A stretch of 64,000 nucleotides of DNA from an uncultured Actinomycetes bacterium (GCA_963755025.1 CAVWIH010000015.1:1-64000), one strand, 5' to 3'; positions 46,441-56,461 are shown, counted from the first letter of the stretch. Numbers and translations: made by a program. Notes: generated by a model not told the origin, from the sequence alone.

Positions 46441-48324
46441 TCAGCCGCGCAGGAAGTTGGCCAGCAGGTCGAGGCCGCCGGCGCTCAGCATGCTCTCGGG
46501 GTGGAACTGCACGCCGTAAGCGGGCAGCGCGCGGTGGGCGACGGCCATCACGAGGCCGTCGTCGGTCCAGGCGGTGAGGCGCAGGTCGGTCGGCAGGTCG
46601 CGCAGGTGCAGGGAGTGGTAGCGCGTGAACAGCGCCGGGTCGGGCAGGCCGGCAAACAGGCCGTCGCCGTGGTGACGCACCGTGTGGGCCTCACCGTGCA
46701 CCGGCCGCGGAGTGCGTTCCAGGCGCGCCCCCAGCGCCACGCCCAGCGCCTGGTGGCCCAGACAGACGCCCAGCAGCGGCTGCCGGCGGCGCAGAGCGGC
46801 GGCGACCCAGTCGAGCAGCCGGCCCGAGCCGGCCGGGTCGCCCGGGCCGGGCCCCAGCACCACGTGCGAGGCGCGAGCCAGGAGCTCGTCGGCCGGTGCG
46901 ACGCGGTGGTCGACGACCGTTACCTGCGCGCCCAGCGTACGCAGGTAGTCGACGATGTTGTGGCTGAACGAGTCGTGACACTCGACGAACAGCACGCGGC
47001 CCCCGGGCACGTCGCGCGGCCGCGGGGGCCGCCAGGCGTGGTCGAGGGTCGGCGGCGCCGGCTCGTAGCCGGAGCGTCCGCCGTCCAGCACGCGCAGCAG
47101 CGCCGCCGCCTTGTGGCGGGTCTCGTCGTATTCGCTTGCCGGATCGCTCTCGATCACCGTGCCGCCGCCGGCCGAGATGTGGCCGCGGCCCTCGGCGAGG
47201 GTGAGGCTGCGGATGAGGATGTTGAAGTCGCAGCGACGCCCGGAGACGTAGCCCAGCGACCCGGTGTAGGCGCCGCGAGGCGCCGGTTCGAGGCGGGCGA
47301 TCTCGCTCATCACACTCTCTTTGGGGGCGCCGGTGATGGTGCCGCCGGGGAAGATCGCTCGCACCAGCGCGCCGAGCGCGGCGCTGGAGCGGCCGTGCAC
47401 CTCGCTCACCAGGTGCATGACGTGGCTGTAGCGCTCCACGGTGAACGCTTCGCCGACCTCGATGCTGCCGGGGGCGCAGACCCGTGCGAGGTCGTTGCGC
47501 AACAGGTCGACGAGCATGACGTGCTCGGCCAGCTCCTTGGGCGAGCCGCGCAGCTCGGCCTCGAGGGCGGCGTCGGCCGTGGCCGTGGCGCCCCGCGGCC
47601 GCGTGCCGGCGATGGGCCGCGTGCTGACCGTCTCGCCGTCGCGCGCGAACAGGCGCTCGGGGCTGCCCGACACGACCGCCCAGTCGCGACCTTCGACGAT
47701 GCCCATGAAGGGACTTGGATTGGTCGCGCGCAGGCGGGCGTAGTAGGCCAGCGGGTCGAGGTCGTCGGCGGCGAAGCTGAAGCGGTGCGAGAGGTTGACC
47801 TGGTAGACCCAACCCGCCCTGATACGCTCCTGAACGGCCCGCACGCCGGCGATGTAGTCGTCGCGCGCGTAGTCGCTGCGCGTGGCGATGTGGGGTAGCG
47901 CGGCGCGCGGGGCCGCGGCGCCCTCGAGGCGCGGGTCGCGCGCCGGCGGCTCGCCGACCAGGCGGCCGTCGCGCCACAGCCAGCCGTCGTCGTAGAGGCA
48001 GAAGGCCGCCTCGGGCAGGCCGGGAAGGGCGGCGCCCGTCGGCAACCCCAGACGCGCGGCGAACTCGTAGCTGAAGAAGCCGACCCAGACGGGAAAGTCG
48101 CGCCCGGGGCTGAGGCCCGTCTCGAGCTCGGCGAGCAGGTCGTCGGCCGCGCCGATCGCGGCGCCGTCTTCGTAGAGCGATCCGTCCCAGACCTCGAGCC
48201 GGCGGCGCGGGGCCACGGCCAGCAGGGCGCGCCGCGAGAAGGCAGTCGGCGGACCGAGAGACTCGAGCAACGCCGGTCGCAGTCCGGCGTTGCGCGCCGC
48301 GGCGTAGATTGTCAGGGGATCCAA
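46441..48324 (-). CDS. Fused chorismate-aminating synthase (anthranilate/ADC synthase component I + C-terminal glutamine amidotransferase)
   Basis: LLES, YQVNLS, SPERL, PIAGT, EHVMLVDLLRNDL, TGAPK; GATase GVCLGHQ, QFHPES. Confidence 0.9.
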   Translation of the reverse strand: MDPLTIYAAARNAGLRPALLESLGPPTAFSRRALLAVAPRRRLEVWDGSLYEDGAAIGAADDLLAELETGLSPGRDFPVWVGFFSYEFAARLGLPTGAALPGLPEAAFCLYDDGWLWRDGRLVGEPPARDPRLEGAAAPRAALPHIATRSDYARDDYIAGVRAVQERIRAGWVYQVNLSHRFSFAADDLDPLAYYARLRATNPSPFMGIVEGRDWAVVSGSPERLFARDGETVSTRPIAGTRPRGATATADAALEAELRGSPKELAEHVMLVDLLRNDLARVCAPGSIEVGEAFTVERYSHVMHLVSEVHGRSSAALGALVRAIFPGGTITGAPKESVMSEIARLEPAPRGAYTGSLGYVSGRRCDFNILIRSLTLAEGRGHISAGGGTVIESDPASEYDETRHKAAALLRVLDGGRSGYEPAPPTLDHAWRPPRPRDVPGGRVLFVECHDSFSHNIVDYLRTLGAQVTVVDHRVAPADELLARASHVVLGPGPGDPAGSGRLLDWVAAALRRRQPLLGVCLGHQALGVALGARLERTPRPVHGEAHTVRHHGDGLFAGLPDPALFTRYHSLHLRDLPTDLRLTAWTDDGLVMAVAHRALPAYGVQFHPESMLSAGGLDLLANFLRG

Positions 48325-48529
48325 GAACGAGCCCTCCTCGATCGTCGCAGTGCCGACAGGTGCGAGGTAGGGTGGCCGTGGGGCGGCCTAGGACTTGCCT
48401 CAAATGGTCTGTTCCCGGCCAGTGTAGCGCGCCGGCAAGCCGGGGTGCGACCGGGCGCCAGCAGATTCGCCGGACGAGCGACGGGGTACCTCCGGGGCGC
48501 ACCCTGAAAAGCGGACGAAAGGCACAGCC

Positions 48530-48943
48530 ATGGCGTTCATCGACAAAACGACCGAGATCGCGGCCGACATTCGCACGGTGTACGACGTCTGGAGCGCTTT
48601 CGAGGACTTTCCGAAGTTCATGGAGACCGTCGAGACGGTGACGCTGGTCCAGGACGACCGGCTGCACTGGGTGGCGGTGATCGAAGACGACACCTTCGAG
48701 TGGGACGCCGACGTCGTCCACCATGTGCCCGACGAGAAGGTCACCTGGCGCGCCGTCGACGGCCGCGAGACCGGCGAGGTCCGCTTTGAGAAGCTCGCCG
48801 CCGACATGACGAAGGTGACCTACCAGCTCGAGTACGACCCGGCGGCCTGGGAGGGCAAGGCCGACACCGTGCGCCACTGGATGAATCGCCGCGTCGACAC
48901 CGACCTTGCCGCCTTCAAGGCGCTGCTCGAGGCGACCGACTGA
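48530..48943 (+). CDS. SRPBCC (cyclase/dehydrase) family protein
   Basis: VYDVWSAFEDFPKFM, LHW, WDA...VTW, DLAAFK. Confidence 0.9.
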   Translation: MAFIDKTTEIAADIRTVYDVWSAFEDFPKFMETVETVTLVQDDRLHWVAVIEDDTFEWDADVVHHVPDEKVTWRAVDGRETGEVRFEKLAADMTKVTYQLEYDPAAWEGKADTVRHWMNRRVDTDLAAFKALLEATD

Positions 48944-49020
48944 GAACGGCCGAAGCTGCGGCGTCGCGCCGGGCGCCGGCCCCCGTTTGCGGCGCCGCTC
49001 CTGCGGGGCAGACAGGTCGC

Positions 49021-50160
49021 ATGACCGCAGAAGAGCTCGCGCAGGTGCCTGACCGGGTCGAGGTGGCCGTCGTCGGTCTGGGCCTCATGGGGACCGCCGC
49101 CGCCTGGGCCCTGGCGCGCCGCGGCCACGAGGTCGTGGCCTTCGACGCGCACGCCGCGGGGCACCGGTTCGGCAGCTCGCACGGCAGCTCGCGCATCTTC
49201 CGGCGCGCCTACCCCGAGCCCGAGTACGTGGCCATGACGGGGCAGGCCCTCGAGCTCTGGCGCGAGCTCGAGCGCGCCACGGGCACGACTCTGCTGGTCA
49301 CGACCGGCGGGCTCGACCACGGCCGCGACCGCGACCGCGACGTGCGGCGCCTCGCCGACGCGCTCCAGGCCGGCGGCGTGGCCGGCACGTTGCTCACGGC
49401 GGCCGAGGCGGCCGCGCGCTGGCCGCACCTGCGGTTCGAGGGGATGGTCCTCTATCACCCCCAGGCCGGCGTCATCGACCCCGAGCTGGTGATGGCCGAG
49501 ACGTCGCGCCTGGCGACGAGCAGCGGCGCGCGCCTGCTGCGCGAGGCGCCGGTCGACTCGGTCGCCGCGCGCGCCGCCGGCGCCGTCGTCAGGCTGGCGG
49601 GGCGCACGGTGCAGGCGCGCACCGTGGTGGTCGCCGCCGGCCCCTGGACGCCCGCCTTGCTGGCTCAGGTCGTCGCGCTGCCGCCGCTCACCGTCACCCA
49701 ACAGCCCGTCTTCTACTACGCGCGACGCGAGGCGCGCGACGACTCTCCGTGGCCGACCGTCCTGCACGACGCCGCGCGGCAGGTCTACGGGCTGCCCGGC
49801 GGGCGCGACGGCGGCCGGCCCGGGACCATGAAGCTGGGCGAGCACGCCGCTGGCCGCACGACCAGCGCCGCGGGGCGCGATAGCCTGATCGACCCGGCCA
49901 CGCGGCGCCGCATGAGCGACTACGTGCGCCGCTTCTGGCCCGGACTCGACCCGGAGCCGGTCGCGGAGCGCGACTGCCTGTACACCTGGACTCCCAGTCA
50001 GGACTTCCTGCTCGCGCGCTACGGCGACCTCGTGGTGTGCTCGGCCTGCTCGGGACACGCGGCCAAGTTCACGCCGCTGATCGGCGAGTGGCTCGCCGAC
50101 CTGGTCGAGCGACGCCCGTTGCCGGCGACGCGCCTGGAGCAGGCAAACGCCGCTCTCTGA
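49021..50160 (+). CDS. Monomeric sarcosine oxidase / N-methyltryptophan oxidase family flavoprotein
   Basis: VGLGLMG, GSSHGSSRIFR, CLYT (FAD-linked Cys position), CSGHAAKF. Confidence 0.9.
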   Translation: MTAEELAQVPDRVEVAVVGLGLMGTAAAWALARRGHEVVAFDAHAAGHRFGSSHGSSRIFRRAYPEPEYVAMTGQALELWRELERATGTTLLVTTGGLDHGRDRDRDVRRLADALQAGGVAGTLLTAAEAAARWPHLRFEGMVLYHPQAGVIDPELVMAETSRLATSSGARLLREAPVDSVAARAAGAVVRLAGRTVQARTVVVAAGPWTPALLAQVVALPPLTVTQQPVFYYARREARDDSPWPTVLHDAARQVYGLPGGRDGGRPGTMKLGEHAAGRTTSAAGRDSLIDPATRRRMSDYVRRFWPGLDPEPVAERDCLYTWTPSQDFLLARYGDLVVCSACSGHAAKFTPLIGEWLADLVERRPLPATRLEQANAAL

Positions 50161-50232
50161 CGAATGCGGTGCGGTCGGCCGGCACTCGGTGGCCGGCGCC
50201 GTCCGCGACTGCGCCGTGCGCTCCGGCCGGCA

Positions 50233-50260
50233 TCAAGTCGACGCCGCTGCGTGTCGATAC
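50233..50260 (+). promoter_or_regulatory. Putative sigma28 (FliA/WhiG)-type promoter
   Basis: TCAA-N16-GTCGATAC upstream of the GGDEF-EAL gene. Confidence 0.5.
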
Positions 50261-50328
50261 AAGCCGGGCGTCGGCGGGCCGTGGGACCGGTACCGCGCCG
50301 CCCCGCGGGAGGGAGAGGCTCGAACCTG

Positions 50329-52575
50329 ATGTCAGACTACGCGGCAGAACGCGCGGGCTCGGCCTCGCCGGGTGGCGCCCAGGACCGCTCCCTCGGCCTT
50401 TCCAGCCGCCTCGTGGGCCGTTCGGCCGCCCTGCTGTTCGCCATCTGTGGGATCGTCAACTTGGTGGCCGCCCTGCAGCCCGTGCCGGGGGTCAACGACG
50501 TTTTCGAGGTGACGATCGGCGTCGGCGCCATCGTCGCCGGCATGATCGCCTGGTATCTGCCCTGGAACCGCTGGCCGGCGCGCGCGAGCCTCTGGCTCGC
50601 GCCCTTCGCCTTTTGCGGCATCGCGCTCAGCAACGCCTCGGGTGGCCAGGACCCCTGGTCGTACGCCGCCTTCTTCCTCGTGACCTTCGGCTGGCTGGGC
50701 ATCTGCCACCCGCGGGGCACGTCGCTCGTGATGCTGCCCCTCTTCGTGGCCGCCTACCTCCTGCCCCTGCCGTACCTCGGCCAGGCGACGTCGGTCGCTC
50801 TCGTGTCGACCCTGTATGTCGGCATCGCCTGTCTGCTGGTCGGCGAAAGCGTGGGCTGGGTGTCGGAGCGCTGGCGCTCGGCTCAGGCGGCTCTTCAGGA
50901 GCGCGAGGCCGAGGAGCGCTTTCGCGCCCTCGTGCAGAACTCCTCCGACCTCATCACCGTAGTGCGGCCCGACGCCACCATCGAGTACTGCAGCCCCTCG
51001 GTCGAAGGCATCCTGGGGTACACCGGCGACGAGCTCGTGGGCACCTCGTTCGGCGAGCTGGTGCACAGAGACGACGCCGCCCAGGTCGCACGATTCCTGG
51101 CCGACTGCGACAACGGCGTCGCCACGACAGCGGCCTGCCACTGGCGCCTGCGCCGGCGCGACCGTTCCTACCGGCAGATCGAGACGGTAGGCGCGAACCT
51201 GGTCGACCACCCGCAGGTACGCGGTCTGGTGCTCACCAGCCGCGACGTGACCGAGCGCAAGGCGCTCGAAGAGCAGCTGTCGCACCAGGCCTACCACGAC
51301 GCCCTGACCGGCCTGGGCAACCTGGCGCTGCTGCGCGACCGCCTGAGCCACGCCCTGGCGCGCGGCAAGCGCCGCCAGGCGTCGCTCGGGCTGCTGTTCA
51401 TCGACCTCGACAACTTCAAGCCCGTCAACGACAGTCGCGGCCATACCGCCGGCGACCAGGTGCTGGCCACGGTCGCCGGGCGCCTCGAGGAATGCGTGCG
51501 TGGGGTCGACACGGTCGCCCGGCTGGGCGGCGACGAGTTCGCGGTGCTGCTCGAAGACCTGAGCGGCGAGCCCGAGGCCGCCGAGGTCGCCTCTCGCATC
51601 GTCGCCGAGCTGGCGGCGCCGATCGCGCTGCCCGACTCGCAGGTCGTCATCGGAGCCAGCATCGGCATCGCCGTGAGCGACAGCGGCCGGGTCGGCGCCG
51701 AGGAGCTCATGCGCAACGCCGACATCGCCATGTACGCCGCCAAACGGGCCGGCAAGGGGCGCTACGCGCACTTCGACCCCTCCATGCACGGCGCGGTCCT
51801 CGAGCGGCTCGAGCTCGAAAAGGAGCTTGGCCGCGCCGTCGAGGCGGGCGAGCTGCAGATGTTCTACCAGCCCATCGTCGACCTTCGCACGGGCGCCGTC
51901 GACACCGTCGAGGCCCTGCTGCGCTGGCCGCACCCTTCCCGGGGCCTGCTGCTGCCCGAAGCCTTCCTGCCGCTCGCCGAAGAGACCGGCCTGATCGTGC
52001 CCATCGGCCACTTCACGTGCGCCGACGCCTGCCGCCAGCTCGGCATCTGGCACAAGGCGGGCGGCGCCGCATCGGTGGCCGTCAGCGTCAACCTTTCGGC
52101 CCGCCAGCTCGCCGACCCGAGCCTGATCGAGATGCTGAAGGCGGCGCTGGCCGACGCCGGGGTCGATCCCCGCTACCTCATTCTCGAGATCACCGAGACG
52201 ACGCTCATTCAGGACATGGCGGCCACCAGCCGCAGGCTCGAAGCGCTGCGCGCCTTGGGGGTGCGCCTCGCGCTCGACGATTTCGGCACCGGCTACTCGT
52301 CGCTCAGCTATCTGCAGCGCTTCCGTGTCGACATGCTGAAAGTCGACCGTTCCTTTGTGGCCGCGCATCGCGAAGGCAGCGACGGCTCCACCCTGGCTGG
52401 CGCGATCATCAGCCTGGGCCATGCCCTCAACCTGCAGACCGTGGCCGAGGGCATCGAAGACGTCGAGGAGCTCGACTGGGTGCGCGGCCTGGGCTGCGAG
52501 TTCGGCCAGGGCTATCACCTGGCCGAGCCCATGCCGGGCGACACCGTGGCGCGCTTCCTCGCCGAGCGGGGCTGA
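50329..52575 (+). CDS. Membrane-bound PAS-GGDEF-EAL diguanylate cyclase/phosphodiesterase
   Basis: About 6 TM, PAS (FRALVQNSSD), HDALTGL, RLGGDEF, VEALLRW, DDFGTGYSSL, VAEGIE. Confidence 0.95.
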   Translation: MSDYAAERAGSASPGGAQDRSLGLSSRLVGRSAALLFAICGIVNLVAALQPVPGVNDVFEVTIGVGAIVAGMIAWYLPWNRWPARASLWLAPFAFCGIALSNASGGQDPWSYAAFFLVTFGWLGICHPRGTSLVMLPLFVAAYLLPLPYLGQATSVALVSTLYVGIACLLVGESVGWVSERWRSAQAALQEREAEERFRALVQNSSDLITVVRPDATIEYCSPSVEGILGYTGDELVGTSFGELVHRDDAAQVARFLADCDNGVATTAACHWRLRRRDRSYRQIETVGANLVDHPQVRGLVLTSRDVTERKALEEQLSHQAYHDALTGLGNLALLRDRLSHALARGKRRQASLGLLFIDLDNFKPVNDSRGHTAGDQVLATVAGRLEECVRGVDTVARLGGDEFAVLLEDLSGEPEAAEVASRIVAELAAPIALPDSQVVIGASIGIAVSDSGRVGAEELMRNADIAMYAAKRAGKGRYAHFDPSMHGAVLERLELEKELGRAVEAGELQMFYQPIVDLRTGAVDTVEALLRWPHPSRGLLLPEAFLPLAEETGLIVPIGHFTCADACRQLGIWHKAGGAASVAVSVNLSARQLADPSLIEMLKAALADAGVDPRYLILEITETTLIQDMAATSRRLEALRALGVRLALDDFGTGYSSLSYLQRFRVDMLKVDRSFVAAHREGSDGSTLAGAIISLGHALNLQTVAEGIEDVEELDWVRGLGCEFGQGYHLAEPMPGDTVARFLAERG

Positions 52576-52644
52576 CCGGCGGGCGGATCACCGCCCGCGC
52601 TGAGACGGCGCTCCTCGTGGGCCGTCTGCTACAGTGACGGTACT

Positions 52645-53247
52645 GTGCCCACCCCCGACCGACAGGCAAGCGCTGGAGCGGCGCTACGAGCATGGACCGG
52701 GCGCCTGGCGGCCGACGTCGACGCGCTCGACCGCGCGGTCACGACGGCGATCGCCGCCACGCCGACGCCTGCCCTCGACGCGCCGCTGCGCGGGCTCACA
52801 CGGGTCGCCGACAACTCGAAGCTGTGGTTCGGCACGGCGCTTCTCGTGGCCGGCGCGGGCGGCCGCCGTGGCCGCCGCGCGGCCGCTGCCGGCCTCGTGT
52901 CGGTGGGCGTCGCTTCGGCGACGGTCAATCTGGCGCTCAAGTACGGCGCCGACCGGCCGCGTCCGCAGGGCGCCGCGGCGGCCGGCGGACGGGGCGTGCC
53001 GATGCCGTCATCGACATCGTTTCCCTCGGGGCATGCCGCCTCGGCCTTTGCCTTTGCCGTGGGCACGGGCACGCAGGTCCCCCTGCTCGCCCTGCCGTTG
53101 AACGTGCTGGCGACCCTGGTCGCCTACTCACGCGTGCACACCGCGGTGCACTACCCCTCAGACGTGGTGGCGGGCGCCGCGATAGGCGGCGCCGCCGGCG
53201 CCGTGGTCTCTCGCGTGCTGCGCCCGCGGGAGCGCGTCAGGGCCTGA
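52645..53247 (+). CDS. PAP2-family phosphatase
   Basis: K....RPRP, SFPSGH, SRVHTAVHYPSDV; start uncertain. Confidence 0.9.
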   Translation: MPTPDRQASAGAALRAWTGRLAADVDALDRAVTTAIAATPTPALDAPLRGLTRVADNSKLWFGTALLVAGAGGRRGRRAAAAGLVSVGVASATVNLALKYGADRPRPQGAAAAGGRGVPMPSSTSFPSGHAASAFAFAVGTGTQVPLLALPLNVLATLVAYSRVHTAVHYPSDVVAGAAIGGAAGAVVSRVLRPRERVRA

Positions 53248-53305
53248 AAGATCCGCGGCGGCGGGGCAGGCGGGTCGTCGGTCCCATGGTCCGCGCGCCG
53301 CTAGC

Positions 53306-53377
53306 CTAGCCCCACTTCTTGGCGGCGACCAGCGCGAACCTCGCCGACGTCGCACGGTAGCCGGCCGGGAATCTCAT
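53306..53377 (-). CDS. Putative 23-aa small protein MRFPAGYRATSARFALVAAKKWG
   Basis: AAGGAGG Shine-Dalgarno 6 nt before ATG; TAG stop; lies in an otherwise empty 300-bp gap. Confidence 0.45.
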   Translation of the reverse strand: MRFPAGYRATSARFALVAAKKWG

Positions 53378-53554
53378 GCGCCCCTCCTTGTCTGGGCGTC
53401 CCGGTCGGGCCGGAGTGCCCTGGTCTTCGTGCCTGTCGAGCGCCTGGGAAGGCCTGCGGGCAGATGACGTCGCCCCTCTCGCCCAGCTCTATCAGGCTGC
53501 CCCAACGGGGCGCGCTCGGACGCCGCCTAGACAGATGTTCCAGTCGGCCGGCGC

Positions 53555-54787
53555 TCAAGAATGCGGCGAGACGGTCGAGGGGTCACGCTTCGGCGGCAGC
53601 CTCCAGAGGGTCCCCGGTGGGGTCGCCACGGGGCGCGGCAGGCGCCAGGCCAGGACGGCGGCCGCGATCGGCAGCGCGGCGAGCACGTAGAACACGGTGC
53701 TGAGTCCGCGGGCGTCGCCGAGCAGGCCCAGGGCGGCCACGATCAAACCGCCGGCGCCGCCGCACAGACCGATCGTCAGGCCGGATGCCAGGCCCATGCG
53801 CGCCGGCAGGTACTCCTGGGCCAGCACGAGCGTGGTGCTCATGGTGAGGTTCATGGCGACGCCCAGCAGCACGGCCACGGGGATCGTGGCGGCGTACCCC
53901 AGGCTGGGCAGCACGGCGATGGCGGGCACAAGGGCGAGTTGCGGCACGAGCAGCACGATGCGGCGGCCGAAGCGCTGGGCGGCTGCGCCGCCCAGCAGCG
54001 TGCCGCCCGCCGCGGCGGCGAAGATCACGCTCACCATGACGGCGCCCGCGGTGGGGTTCGTCGAGCGCGCCACGGACAGCGGCAGGTAGGTGATGAGGCC
54101 GGTCGACACGCCGCTGCCGACGGCGCAGAAGCCGACGAGCACGGCGAACGGACGCCACTCCGAGGCCAGCGATAGGGCGTGGGCGTGGGGCGCTCTGGTG
54201 GCGGCCGCCGTCTGACCGAAGCGGCGCAGCGCGACCAGAACGACGGCCGCCGCGCTGAGCGGGATGAGCGCCATGACGAGCGTGCCGTGCAGCCCGAAGA
54301 GCGCCAGCGCGGCGATCACGATGAGCGGGCCGACGGCGTAGCCCACGCCGCCGCCCACCGAGAACACGCTCATGTCGGCGGTCACCCGGGCGCCGCAGGC
54401 GCGCCGCGCCCAGCGGGCGCCCTCGGGATGGTAGGTGGCGATGCCGGCGCTGCACAGCGCGACGGCGGCGAGCGTGACGGGGTAACGCGTCGTGAAGCCG
54501 ACGACCCCCAGACCGAGTCCGGCGACGAGCAGGCCGACGGGCAGCAGCCAGTGGGCCTCGCGGCGGTCGCCCTGGGCGCCGATCAGTGGTTGCAGGACGG
54601 CGTTGGCCACACTGAAGGTAAGAGCGAACACACCGACGGCGGCAAGGCTGTAGTGGTGCTGCTTTGCCAGGGCGGGCAGCAGCGCGAACAGGGCGCCCGA
54701 GCACACATCGACCGAGCCGTGCCCGAACGAGAGCGCGAACAGGGTGCCTCGCGAGGCCGGCGTGCAGGTGTCGACGGCGGAGTCCAT
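53555..54787 (-). CDS. MFS transporter (Fsr-like)
   Basis: H..VD, LQPLIG, YHPEG, FSVGG..G..GP, AQEYLP..G.ASG. Confidence 0.92.
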   Translation of the reverse strand: MDSAVDTCTPASRGTLFALSFGHGSVDVCSGALFALLPALAKQHHYSLAAVGVFALTFSVANAVLQPLIGAQGDRREAHWLLPVGLLVAGLGLGVVGFTTRYPVTLAAVALCSAGIATYHPEGARWARRACGARVTADMSVFSVGGGVGYAVGPLIVIAALALFGLHGTLVMALIPLSAAAVVLVALRRFGQTAAATRAPHAHALSLASEWRPFAVLVGFCAVGSGVSTGLITYLPLSVARSTNPTAGAVMVSVIFAAAAGGTLLGGAAAQRFGRRIVLLVPQLALVPAIAVLPSLGYAATIPVAVLLGVAMNLTMSTTLVLAQEYLPARMGLASGLTIGLCGGAGGLIVAALGLLGDARGLSTVFYVLAALPIAAAVLAWRLPRPVATPPGTLWRLPPKRDPSTVSPHS

Positions 54788-54829
54788 CGCTTCACAGAAT
54801 ACTGCACCGGGTCGCCGGACCGGCTAGCG

Positions 54830-54904
54830 TTCCGCCGGGTCGCGGCCGTTCCGCCGGGTCGCGGCCGCTCCGCCGGGTCGCGGCCGCCCCACCGGCTCGC
54901 GCCG
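54830..54904. repeat. 19-bp tandem repeat x3 plus a degenerate fourth (YTCCGCCGGGTCGCGGCCG)
   Basis: Adjacent units in the divergent MFS/YdcF intergenic region. Confidence 0.85.
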
Positions 54905-55000
54905 CCAGGCAACGGAGTCCCGTCGCCGGTCGGGCGGCCCCGCGCCGCGCTCGCACGCGTGCTATAGTGCCCGCGACGTGACGACACGAGCCCACACCAC

Positions 55001-56185
55001 GTGACGGCCTTGGCTCGCTCGACGGGTGCGACGGAGCGCACGCTGCCCGGTCGTCGCCGCTCGGCGAGCGCCGGTCGCACGAGCGCCCGGGCCCGGACGG
55101 CGAGCGCGTCGCGCCTCTGGCCGCGCGACCTCGCCCGCGGCGTCGCCCTGTTCTTCGGACTCTTCTCGTGGCTCAACCTCGTCGGCGAGCTGCGCGCGCC
55201 GGGGTTCGACCAGAACATCTGGTGGCTCGACCTGCGACCCCTGCCGACCATGGCCACGGCCGCTGCGCTGGCGCTGGCCGGGCTCCTGCTCGTGTGGTGG
55301 GGCCTGCGCCCGGTGGCCGGTGAGCCGCGCCGCCTGGCGACCGCAGTCGTCGCCGCGCTCCTCGGCCTTGTCGCGGTACGCAACGGCGTCGGTTTCTACC
55401 GCGCCTGGGAGCTCGGCCAGATCCGACCCTGGATGCCGCTGCCGCTGTCGTTCGTGCTGGCCGCGGCGTTGTTCTGGATCGCCTGGTCGGCAGGCCGCTC
55501 TGCGTCGACCGCCTGCTCCGCGTCGGCAGGCCGCTCCGCGCCGACCGCCCGCTCCGCGTCGGCTTCGCGCTCCGCTACGACCGGCCCGTTTGGCTCGGGT
55601 CGGCGCGCCCTCTCGTCGGCGCTTTTCGTGGTCGGCGCGCTGGTGGCCTGCGGCCTGATCTTTCCGCTCGCGCAGCAGGTCTTCTTTGGCAAGACCGACT
55701 ACGTCCGCCCCGCTCAGGTGGCGGTCGTCTTCGGCGCCGAGGTGCATCGCGACGGGCACGCGTCGGTGTCGCTTCGCGACCGCGTGCGCACGGCGGCGCA
55801 GCTGTACAAGGCCGGCCTCGCGCAGCGCCTGCTCATGTCGGGGGCGCAGGGTGCGGGAGAGCCCGTCAACGAGACCGCGGTGATGCGCTCGCTGGCGATC
55901 GGCTTTGGCGTGCCAGCCGCGGCGATCGAGGTCGACCCCAGGGGCTTCAACACGGCGGCGACGGTGCGCGACACGGTGCCCATGCTGCGCGCGGCGGGCG
56001 ACGGCAGGGTGGCCGTGGTGTCCGACTTCTTTCACTTGCCGCGGGTCAAGCTCGCCTACGAGCGCATGGGCTACGACGTGATCACCGTGCCGTCGCGGGC
56101 TCATCGCATTCCGCAGACGACCAGGCTCGTGCTGCGCGAGGTCCCCGCGTTCTGGGTGTACTACCTGCGCGCCGTCCTGCACTAG
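55001..56185 (+). CDS. YdcF/ElyC/SanA (DUF218) family membrane protein
   Basis: VVFGA, LRDRV, LMSG, NET..M, GFNT, VSDFFHLPR, LREV. Confidence 0.88.
   Translation: MTALARSTGATERTLPGRRRSASAGRTSARARTASASRLWPRDLARGVALFFGLFSWLNLVGELRAPGFDQNIWWLDLRPLPTMATAAALALAGLLLVWWGLRPVAGEPRRLATAVVAALLGLVAVRNGVGFYRAWELGQIRPWMPLPLSFVLAAALFWIAWSAGRSASTACSASAGRSAPTARSASASRSATTGPFGSGRRALSSALFVVGALVACGLIFPLAQQVFFGKTDYVRPAQVAVVFGAEVHRDGHASVSLRDRVRTAAQLYKAGLAQRLLMSGAQGAGEPVNETAVMRSLAIGFGVPAAAIEVDPRGFNTAATVRDTVPMLRAAGDGRVAVVSDFFHLPRVKLAYERMGYDVITVPSRAHRIPQTTRLVLREVPAFWVYYLRAVLH
55487..55582. repeat. In-frame 36-bp repeat x2.5 in the YdcF gene
   Basis: SAGRSASTACSA / SAGRSAPTARSA / SASRSATT. Confidence 0.75.
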
Positions 56186-56461
56186 GGCCGGCCGCGCGAC
56201 ACGCACGACTGCTCGCTCGACGCCGCTCTCGTGGCGTATCGGGCCGGCGACGCGACCGGGCGCCAGCAGAGCTGCGGGCCGACCATCACGGCGCTGTGCA
56301 GCAAAAAGAGGTCACGCTCCGGCCCCGTCTCGCATATCATAGGAGAAGACCACCAGCGGAATCCATGAGGCGGGGAGCGCCGGCTTTGGGCGGGCGCCAC
56401 CGTAGCGGCCGAAGCGCCGCCCCGGTGGGGTCGCCAAGCCAGCGAGGGTAGGTAGCACGTA

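Noticed and set aside
48464-48488. SigB/SigF-like promoter GATT-N16-GGGTA upstream of the SRPBCC gene (similar motif at about 1197-1223)
   Set aside because: Plausible, but too short and degenerate to support without a genome-wide model
56186-56461. Moco/Wco riboswitch upstream of the XDH operon
   Set aside because: No recognisable consensus; only GC-rich chance stems
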